Source of the DNA: Patescibacteria group bacterium
Lineage (GTDB): Bacteria; Patescibacteriota; Minisyncoccia; Phycocordibacterales; JANLHH01
DNA length: 38,559 nucleotides
NCBI GenBank assembly: GCA_024654605.1
Contig: JANLHH010000054.1
Coordinates: 1-38,559 of the forward strand
Direction of reading: 5' to 3'
The notes under the pieces are model-generated. The model was not told where the DNA came from, did no database searches, and worked only from the letters and a program-made list of their open reading frames with translations. The translations under genes were made by a program, and so were the position numbers. Below are positions 24,976-31,998 of this stretch, piece after piece. How positions within the stretch are numbered: position 1 is the first letter of the stretch; the number at the start of each line of letters is the position of its first letter.

Positions 24976-26226
24976 ATGTCAAAAAAAATCATTATCATCA
25001 TTATTTCAATACTTACGCTCATTGTGGCGATTGTTTTGGGTATGACACTTTTTAAAGACGGTGAAAGTGGTAGTGATGTTACCAAAACATTTGATAATTT
25101 TATGCCGTTTGGTATCCCTGAAGAGGATGGTGATACTGCTTTTCCCGACAACACCAAAGAAGACACCGACCTCTCTCAGGAAGAAGAGGTAGCGACACTC
25201 CCCGTATTACGACAACTCTCTAGTAGCCCCACCGCAGGCGCTATCGCCATACAGAAAACCATTGAGAGCGATGAGGGGCAAAAAGAGGTGCTCGTAGCCC
25301 GCTACATGGAACGCACCACAGGGCATGTGTATGAAACAACGGTGGAAACACTCAAAAATACACGCATCACAAACACGACTATTCCTAAAGTATATGAGGC
25401 ATTGTGGGGGGACAAAGGGGAGTCGGTGATTATTCGCTATATTAATGAGAATACCAACGCGATAGAGAGCTTCTCCGCCCGCATAATGAAACAAGAAGAG
25501 GGTGTGAGTGAGGGAACCCTTGAAGGCGTGTTTATGCAGAGTGGGATCAAAGAAATAGCCCTTTCTCCGACCAAGGGAACCATATTTTATCTTACACCGG
25601 GAGGAGACGGTACCATTGGTATCAGGTCAAAAATTGACGGGACTGACAAAGTGCAAATATTTGATTTTCCATTTACGGAGTGGCTGGCGCAATGGGCAAC
25701 GAACAAGAACATTTTTCTTACTTCTAAGGCATCAAATAATGTTTCCGGGTTTCTCTACACACTCAGCACGGCGGGTGGTCCTTTAAAAAAAGTATTGGGC
25801 AACATTTCCGGCCTCACTACGCTCTCAAACGGATTAGGAACGAAGGTTTTATACTCGGAGTCTACTGTGAACGGCTTGTCGGTGGGTGTAATAGATGTAA
25901 CCAGTGGTGAATCAAAAAAGCTCGGTATCACCACCCTGCCGGAGAAATGCATCTGGGCAAGTGATAATGTAACCATTTATTGCGGAGTACCGGAGGCTCT
26001 GCCTCAAGGACAGTATCCCGATATATGGTATCAGGGATTGACTTCGTTTACCGATACGATATGGAAGGTAAATACTGAGACAGCGTATTCCGAGGTTTTG
26101 TTAAAACCAACAGAGTCTCTCAATATACATCTTGATATTATCAAACTATTCCTTGATGAAGATGAGAATTACCTTTTCTTTACAGACAAAAAAGATTACT
26201 CTCTTTGGACACTGAAGATTAAATAA
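24976..26226 (+). CDS. Membrane-anchored hypothetical protein with a large beta-rich ectodomain
   Basis: An N-terminal TM helix (KKIIIIIISILTLIVAIVLGMTLF) and an acidic linker precede about 330 aa of repetitive beta-like sequence. A propeller-like fold is suspected but not demonstrated. Confidence 0.7.
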   Translation: MSKKIIIIIISILTLIVAIVLGMTLFKDGESGSDVTKTFDNFMPFGIPEEDGDTAFPDNTKEDTDLSQEEEVATLPVLRQLSSSPTAGAIAIQKTIESDEGQKEVLVARYMERTTGHVYETTVETLKNTRITNTTIPKVYEALWGDKGESVIIRYINENTNAIESFSARIMKQEEGVSEGTLEGVFMQSGIKEIALSPTKGTIFYLTPGGDGTIGIRSKIDGTDKVQIFDFPFTEWLAQWATNKNIFLTSKASNNVSGFLYTLSTAGGPLKKVLGNISGLTTLSNGLGTKVLYSESTVNGLSVGVIDVTSGESKKLGITTLPEKCIWASDNVTIYCGVPEALPQGQYPDIWYQGLTSFTDTIWKVNTETAYSEVLLKPTESLNIHLDIIKLFLDEDENYLFFTDKKDYSLWTLKIK

Positions 26227-26250
26227 TGTCTACACTATTCGCTCTAAAAT

Positions 26251-26283
26251 AAAAACCTCGCCACGTATGCGAGGTTTTTATTT
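26251..26283. terminator. Rho-independent terminator ending the T4SS-like cluster
   Basis: AAAAACCTCGC-cacgtat-GCGAGGTTTTTATTT. Confidence 0.75.
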
Positions 26284-26292
26284 CAACAAACG

Positions 26293-26400
26293 AAGAGCGA
26301 AATGAAAGCCAGAGCCGCGAAGTACTTGGGGGTTTTCATTCCGTCCGAGCGACATTGTTTTCTTAGGAGCGAAGCAACTTAGAAAACAAGAAGCGCTCTT
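26293..26400. ncRNA. Candidate structured RNA of about 108 nt (closing stem plus two hairpins); class and strand unknown
   Basis: AAGAGCG (26293-26299) pairs with CGCTCTT (26394-26400). It encloses the hairpins AATGAAAGCC...GGTTTTCATT and TTGTTTTCTTAG...CTTAGAAAACAA (11 of 12 bp). GAGCGA recurs three times. It sits in a 217-nt convergent gap. Confidence 0.4.
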
Positions 26401-26443
26401 GTGGTGCAAAGTTGAAACAAAGAGTATCCTTTTCTTCTGCTCT

Positions 26444-26905
26444 TTATTTTTTATTTTTATATTTGATCACCACCTTTCTGTCTTTTCCAAAACCAACCGA
26501 TCCTGTTTCCACTTCAGGGTCTTCTGCTAGTGTGGTGTGTACCACCATGCGTTCATAGGGTGTCATAGGGTCCATTTCTACATCCATATGGAGTGATTTT
26601 ACACGCTCTGCAAATATTTTGGCTCTATTTTGCAACTCTTCGTTTTTTTGTTTTTGATAACCATTCACATCTATGGTGAAGTTTGTAAATTTTTCTTCTT
26701 TTTTTCTTTTATCAACTATCCGTTTTATGACGTGGTTGAGCGCAATTAAATTCGCACCATTATTACCGATCAAGAAACGAGCTTCGTCGGTGTTGATCAT
26801 AAACACTGTTCCACCCTCACCTAAAATGATATCTATATTGTTAAATGAAATAGTGAGCTGTTCCAATGTTTCTTTAATAATGTCTTTGATCTCTTCCGTG
26901 GTCAT
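26444..26905 (-). CDS. jag: Jag/KhpB-like RNA-binding protein (KH plus R3H domains)
   Basis: It has a KH-like LIGNNGANLIALNHVI and an R3H-like MTPYERMVVHTTL. It lies directly downstream of yidC, as in the canonical rnpA-yidC-jag operon. Confidence 0.85.
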   Translation of the reverse strand: MTTEEIKDIIKETLEQLTISFNNIDIILGEGGTVFMINTDEARFLIGNNGANLIALNHVIKRIVDKRKKEEKFTNFTIDVNGYQKQKNEELQNRAKIFAERVKSLHMDVEMDPMTPYERMVVHTTLAEDPEVETGSVGFGKDRKVVIKYKNKK

Positions 26906-26911
26906 ATATAG

Positions 26912-27721
26912 TTATGTATTATCACGTTTCAGCTCGCTATGCAAAGCTTCGGCCTTCCGTTTCACTAAAAGCTCTTGCGCGATACTAAATATATTGCTTG
27001 TTACCCAATATAATGCGACTGCGGCAGAAATGGTGTATGCGAATACGGAGACGAATACGGGAAGGATGTATCTCATTTGAAACTTCATGCTTTGCATAAG
27101 GTCATCCTTAATCGACCCGGTGCTTTTAAGCGAAAGCTTCCCGCTATCCGGCATGGAAAGCTTTATTTGGAAATACTGGGAAACACCGGCAAGAAGAGCT
27201 AAAAGTACACTTTTCCCCGTCATATCAATAAAGCCAAGAAAATTAGTTTTAACGAATTCCGGCATATGAACGAACGAATAGAGAATATCGTGGTTAAGAA
27301 GTGCGGTATTGATGTGTCCAGGGATATGCGGGAACGCATCCAAAAGAGATGGATCGAACTTCAATCCCTTCCAGAACACCCAATAAAGCGCTATGATGAC
27401 AGGGAGTTGGACCAAGACCGTCAGGCATCCAGAGAACGGACTTACTCCGTGTTTGCGATACAGCTCCATGACTTGTCGCGCTTGTTCCTGTTTATCTTTG
27501 CTGTGTTTTTCTTTCAGGTCCCTTATATCAGGCTCCAGTGTTCGGAGCTTTGATTGGGTTTGTATACCCTTATGAGTAAAAGGGAAGAGGATTAATTTTA
27601 CAATGAGCGTAAGGAACACGACCGCGATGCCGATATCGGCCCCGGGAATAACCGACACTAAAAAAATCAAGCCATTATAAAGCGGCTCATAGAAAAATGT
27701 ATTAAAAAAACCGGATATCAT
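26912..27721 (-). CDS. yidC: Membrane protein insertase YidC (short Gram-positive type)
   Basis: 269 aa and polytopic, with the conserved KLILFPFT..Q and QLPVIIALY regions. It sits in the rnpA-yidD-yidC context. Confidence 0.9.
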   Translation of the reverse strand: MISGFFNTFFYEPLYNGLIFLVSVIPGADIGIAVVFLTLIVKLILFPFTHKGIQTQSKLRTLEPDIRDLKEKHSKDKQEQARQVMELYRKHGVSPFSGCLTVLVQLPVIIALYWVFWKGLKFDPSLLDAFPHIPGHINTALLNHDILYSFVHMPEFVKTNFLGFIDMTGKSVLLALLAGVSQYFQIKLSMPDSGKLSLKSTGSIKDDLMQSMKFQMRYILPVFVSVFAYTISAAVALYWVTSNIFSIAQELLVKRKAEALHSELKRDNT

Positions 27722-27780
27722 CCCTTTATTCTACATAAAACGAACGCAATGTAAACGAAACCAAATTGATATCGTTTTAA

Positions 27781-28020
27781 TCATAAGAGAGGATCAATAG
27801 TGGGTTTTTGCCATGGATGGCATCTTAAAACCCTTCGTAACCCCGTAAAAATCCCTTTTAGGACACCGTATTTCGTAATTGCTTCAATGGTGTAATCGGA
27901 ACATGTTGGATAAAATGCGCATGTCGTGGAACGCCTGATGCCAAGCGACACCAATATCCCTTTATCAGGAGAGAAAACCTTTTGATACCACTTGATTATG
28001 TGGGTAAAAAAGTATTTCAT
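27781..28020 (-). CDS. yidD: Membrane protein insertion efficiency factor YidD
   Basis: CAFYPTCSDYTIEAI..YG..KG......RVLRCHPW is the YidD signature. Confidence 0.9.
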   Translation of the reverse strand: MKYFFTHIIKWYQKVFSPDKGILVSLGIRRSTTCAFYPTCSDYTIEAITKYGVLKGIFTGLRRVLRCHPWQKPTIDPLL

Positions 28021-28365
28021 TTATTTTTTTAAAAGATGCGCGTTTTTTAAAAGTACACGCACTTGATCTTCAAATTGACTATGAAGGAGTTCAGTACTAT
28101 TTTTTTTTGAAAAGAAAACGCAGACAAATCCGTTTTTTATATTATCGTACTCTTTTTGTATTGTCTGGTATGTCCATCTTTTTAACTTATTTCTTTCCAC
28201 CGCCTTTTTGGCGACCTTACTAGAAATAACAAAAGAAAACTTGCTTGGGGTCTCAAAATCTTTTTTCACAACAACAAGAGAGAGATGAGAGGAATGATAT
28301 GTTGCTCCCTTTTTATGACCCTTGGGAAATTCTTTTCTACTGACCTTTTTTAATCTAGGCAACAT
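28021..28365 (-). CDS. rnpA: Ribonuclease P protein component
   Basis: A 114-aa basic protein with a KAVERNKLKRW-type RNR motif region, lying between rpmH and yidD. Confidence 0.85.
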   Translation of the reverse strand: MLPRLKKVSRKEFPKGHKKGATYHSSHLSLVVVKKDFETPSKFSFVISSKVAKKAVERNKLKRWTYQTIQKEYDNIKNGFVCVFFSKKNSTELLHSQFEDQVRVLLKNAHLLKK

Positions 28366-28480
28366 GTGTGAGTTTTTTCACCGAGAATTAATATCCACTC
28401 CTAGTGAATCATTTTAAAGCAGGGAATAAGCTCATACGACTTAGACCCGTGAGACGCTACTCAAAGAAACATCCACACTA

Positions 28481-28615
28481 TTACACCGCAAGCTTCTTTC
28501 TCCCTCCTGCTCTGCGTTTTTTGATGATATTTCTTCCGTTTTTGGTTCCTTGTCGCACCAAAAACCCGTGAGTTGTCTTTCTTTTTCTTTTTTTAGGGTT
28601 ATATGTTTTTGACAT
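28481..28615 (-). CDS. rpmH: 50S ribosomal protein L34
   Basis: It is not in the ORF track (44 aa). My own translation is [44 protein letters not shown], the L34 signature. TATACT lies 10 nt upstream of the ATG. Confidence 0.92.
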   Translation of the reverse strand: MSKTYNPKKRKRKTTHGFLVRQGTKNGRNIIKKRRAGGRKKLAV

Positions 28616-28805
28616 AGTGATTAAGAGTATATAACGAAATAACAGAAAAGTCCATTCATTTTTTGTTTCACTTGCTTGGGTTTATGGCTTTGAATATATC
28701 ATTAATAAATACAAAAAACGTACTTCTTAAAAAAGATTTTCGCACTAGCCTATATCATTCCAATGAAGTCAATATTTTAACTTGTTACTTCGGTATATAA
28801 TTGAT

Positions 28806-28900
28806 TGTGGATACTTAAGTTTTTTACTTTATCTTTGTTCTTCAATCTATTTTTCTCCCTCCTTTGAAAAATATTTTTAGTTATCCCCATTTTATCAACA
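28806..28900. promoter_or_regulatory. DnaA-box cluster upstream of dnaA (oriC left part and/or dnaA autoregulation)
   Basis: Three 8/9 matches to TTATCCACA: TGTGGATAC at 28806-28814, TTATCCCCA at 28881-28889 and TTATCAACA at 28892-28900. Confidence 0.6.
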
Positions 28901-29002
28901 GAGTAATGAAGGTTTTCTTGTTTTTCTCTTCTTGTAGGCAAAGGTATAATAGGTTTACTTTTTACTGGTTTATCGGTCTTTATAAATACCGTCACAAAAC
29001 GT

Positions 29003-30352
29003 ATGGTTGAAAACAAACAACTTTGGGATAGCGCGTTGAATGAGATAGAATTGGGTGTTTCAAGAGCAAACTTTAGCACGTGGTTTAAAAACACATGTAT
29101 CATACGCCAAGAGGATGGGGTGGTTTCGTTGGGTGTTCCTAATGCATTTGTAAAGGATTGGCTATATAACAAATACCATAAAGTTATATTGAAATCATTA
29201 AGGGAGTATTCTCAAAATGTGCGGAGTTTAGAGTATGTAGTGGCAAAAGAACAAGTAAAAACAAAAGATGATGCGACCCAAGCGGTTTTTAAACCCTCAG
29301 CAGTAGGAGAACTTCCCCTTAATGATCTTTATATAGATAAAAATGATAATTTAAATCCGCGATATACATTTAATTCGTTTATTATTGGATCTTTTAACGA
29401 CCTTGCGCACGCCGCAGCGCAAGCAATCATGAAAAACCCCGGTGTTGTCTATAATCCATTCTTTATCCATGGTGGTACAGGACTTGGAAAAACACATTTG
29501 ATTCAAGCGGTGGGGAATTATATAAAAGAAGAGAATAGTAATAAAAAAATACATTATATTACTTCTGAAAAATTTTCTATTGACTATATTACCTCTCTCC
29601 AGAACAATAAAATAAATGATTTTAAAGAAAAATACCGAGAGTATGATGTTTTAATAATGGATGATATTCAATTTCTTTCGAATAAAAACAAGACTCAGGA
29701 AGAGTTGTTTCATTTATTTAACTCTTTATATGAAAATAATAAGCAAATTATTTTTTCATCAGACCAACATCCAAACTTCATTCCTGGGTTGGAAGAGAGG
29801 CTTAAATCACGTTTTAGCGCCGGGATGATTGTTGATATTGCACATCCTGAGTATGAGTCTAGGCTTGCAATATTAAGACAAAAATTAAATCAACGAAACT
29901 TCTCTCTCTCTGATGATGTGTTGGAATATATAGCTTCGTTGCTTAATGGAAATATTAGGGAGTTGGAAGGGGTGTTAAATTCCATTATTTGCCAATCTCA
30001 ATTAAAAAACAAAATATTATTAATTGATGAAATAAAATCATTGATTAAAAACAGTGCGCGCCCTAAAAAAACAGTTTCTATAAAAGAAGTAATTAAAATA
30101 GTGGCTGGTTTTTATGATATTGAAGAGTTTATTATTTACGAAAAAACAAGAAGGAAGGAGATTGTGAAACCAAGACAAGTTGCTATGTATTTATTAAGAG
30201 AGGATTTTAATATTTCTTACCCCGCTATAGGTCAAAAATTAGGTGGTAGGGATCATACAACAGTTATGCATTCGTGTGAGAAAATAAAAAATGCTTTAAA
30301 AAATGATAATTTATTATCGCAAGAAATTGAACAACTTCGCGCGATGATTTAA
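29003..30352 (+). CDS. dnaA: Chromosomal replication initiator protein DnaA
   Basis: 449 aa. Walker A is GGTGLGKTHL and Walker B is LIMDDIQF, with sensor motifs and a C-terminal DNA-binding domain (RQVAMYL.R......IG..LGGRDHTTVMH). Confidence 0.95.
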   Translation: MVENKQLWDSALNEIELGVSRANFSTWFKNTCIIRQEDGVVSLGVPNAFVKDWLYNKYHKVILKSLREYSQNVRSLEYVVAKEQVKTKDDATQAVFKPSAVGELPLNDLYIDKNDNLNPRYTFNSFIIGSFNDLAHAAAQAIMKNPGVVYNPFFIHGGTGLGKTHLIQAVGNYIKEENSNKKIHYITSEKFSIDYITSLQNNKINDFKEKYREYDVLIMDDIQFLSNKNKTQEELFHLFNSLYENNKQIIFSSDQHPNFIPGLEERLKSRFSAGMIVDIAHPEYESRLAILRQKLNQRNFSLSDDVLEYIASLLNGNIRELEGVLNSIICQSQLKNKILLIDEIKSLIKNSARPKKTVSIKEVIKIVAGFYDIEEFIIYEKTRRKEIVKPRQVAMYLLREDFNISYPAIGQKLGGRDHTTVMHSCEKIKNALKNDNLLSQEIEQLRAMI

Positions 30353-30589
30353 AAATGTGGATAAAGTTGGTATAAATATGTTGGTAATAAGTAGTAAAAA
30401 ATATTAATTAATAATAAAAATTTTTTTGGATAAGATTTTTATTAAAAAAACTGCTTTTATACACATTTTATTGATTATGATTTTTTAAAAATATACTGAC
30501 AGGATATAATAAAAAAATGTTTTACACATATACACAGAGATAATAATAAATAAGTTTTTTTAATTAATAAACTAATAATAAAAAATACA
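30353..30589. other. oriC candidate: DnaA boxes plus an AT-rich unwinding region in the dnaA-dnaN spacer
   Basis: A perfect TGTGGATAA lies at 30356-30364. 8/9 boxes lie at 30425-30433 (TTTGGATAA) and 30457-30465 (TTATACACA). The 237-bp spacer is almost entirely A/T, with long A and T runs. Confidence 0.7.
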
Positions 30590-31690
30590 ATGAGATTAGA
30601 GTGTGTAAAAGATAAAATAAAAGATGCGGTTTCTAAAATAGAAAAAATAGTGGGTCAAAATCACACTCTCCCTATTTTGAATACAATTTTATTGATTATA
30701 AATAAAAACACAATTACTTTAAGGGCTACTAATCTTGATATTGGAATAGAGATTGAGATTCCGGCGAAAATAGAATCCCAAGGCAATATAGCTGTTCCCG
30801 GAAAAGTATTTTCAAACCTTCTCGCGTCAATATATGAAGGTAATAATATTATTTTAGAAGAAAAAAACGGAAATCTTGAAGTGTTGGTAAATAATAATAA
30901 AACATTAATAAAATGCCTCCCGCCGGATGAATTTCCAACACTACCACTTATTCAAGAAGGAGATAGTTTTTTTATAGAAGCAGATAAACTTAATGAGGGT
31001 ATTAAATCAGTGATATATAGCGCATCAATTTCAGATATAAAACCAGAACTTTCAAGTGTTTATATACACACAGAAAATAGTAATATTGTCTTTGTAGCAA
31101 CAGATTCATTTAGATTGGCTGAAAAAAAAATAAAAAACGAGAATAAAAAAGAATTAAAGGGTATTATTATTCCTTTCAAGAACGCCTTGGAATTATCAAG
31201 AATATTTGAAGGAGAATCAGGTGTTATTGATATCCGTTTTAATAAAAATCAAATAGTATTTTCTTTAGATCATATTTATTTCACCTCACGGATTATTGAT
31301 GGAGTATTTCCTGATTATAAACAAATAATCCCAAAAGAATATAAAACAGAAATTATATTATTAAAACAAGATTTTCTTAATAGTTTAAAAGTAAGTAATA
31401 TTTTTTCAGACAAATTCAATCAAGTGATAATGTTTATAAGTCCGCAAAAAAAGGCATTCACTATAAAAACAAAAAATACCGACGTTGGAGAGAGTAATAT
31501 TCAATTAAACGGAACTTTAAAAGGAGAAGAATTAGAAATAAGTTTTAATTATAAATACATTATTGATTGTTTCCAAGCACTCCATCAAGATAGTGTGGTA
31601 ATAAAATGTAATGGATTTGATAAACCAATGACTATACAAGGTGTGGGAGACAACTCATTCACTTATCTTGTTATGCCAATGAATAAATAA
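30590..31690 (+). CDS. dnaN: DNA polymerase III beta sliding clamp
   Basis: 366 aa with a three-domain clamp pattern (LRATNLDIGIE, FVATDSFRLA, RIIDGVFPDYKQIIP, YLVMPM). It lies directly after dnaA. Confidence 0.93.
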   Translation: MRLECVKDKIKDAVSKIEKIVGQNHTLPILNTILLIINKNTITLRATNLDIGIEIEIPAKIESQGNIAVPGKVFSNLLASIYEGNNIILEEKNGNLEVLVNNNKTLIKCLPPDEFPTLPLIQEGDSFFIEADKLNEGIKSVIYSASISDIKPELSSVYIHTENSNIVFVATDSFRLAEKKIKNENKKELKGIIIPFKNALELSRIFEGESGVIDIRFNKNQIVFSLDHIYFTSRIIDGVFPDYKQIIPKEYKTEIILLKQDFLNSLKVSNIFSDKFNQVIMFISPQKKAFTIKTKNTDVGESNIQLNGTLKGEELEISFNYKYIIDCFQALHQDSVVIKCNGFDKPMTIQGVGDNSFTYLVMPMNK

Positions 31691-31725
31691 AAAGTTTACT
31701 ACTTTCTATTTCAAGGACCCTTTTT

Positions 31726-31983
31726 ATGTTTAATATAGAAAATTTTTTAAAACGATTTACTTTATTAACACCACCAGATGATGCGATTAGGAGAGGGGTA
31801 CAGGAGGTGTTGGAAAAAGAAATAGGTGTTTTTGTTGAGAAAAAAAATATCTCCATTCATAATAATATTATTTACATAAAAACAAAACCACTTTTTAAAA
31901 ACGAAATATTTATAAAAAAACAAAGTATTTTAAAAGAATTAGAGAAAAAATTTCACCAAAAAACACCCCGAGATATAAAATAA
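31726..31983 (+). CDS. Small protein after dnaN, tentatively DUF721/DciA-like
   Basis: 85 aa. Its position next to dnaN and the pattern ..ISIHNNIIYIKTKPLFKNEIFIKKQSILKELEKKF resemble DUF721 (one strand, then helix-rich). The assignment is from memory only. Confidence 0.5.
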   Translation: MFNIENFLKRFTLLTPPDDAIRRGVQEVLEKEIGVFVEKKNISIHNNIIYIKTKPLFKNEIFIKKQSILKELEKKFHQKTPRDIK

Positions 31984-31998
31984 AAGGTTTAATACCTT

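Noticed and set aside
13659-26226. Reading the T4SS-like block as an integrated conjugative element or plasmid remnant.
   Set aside because: There is no relaxase, coupling protein, integrase, replication or partition genes, or bounding repeats in the window. Composition matches the flanks. This is kept as the explicit refutation test for the main finding.
28777-29172. A 131-aa minus-strand ORF across the rpmH-dnaA spacer and the dnaA 5' end.
   Set aside because: It overlaps the dnaA start and the DnaA-box region. It is an AT-rich sequence artefact with no motifs.
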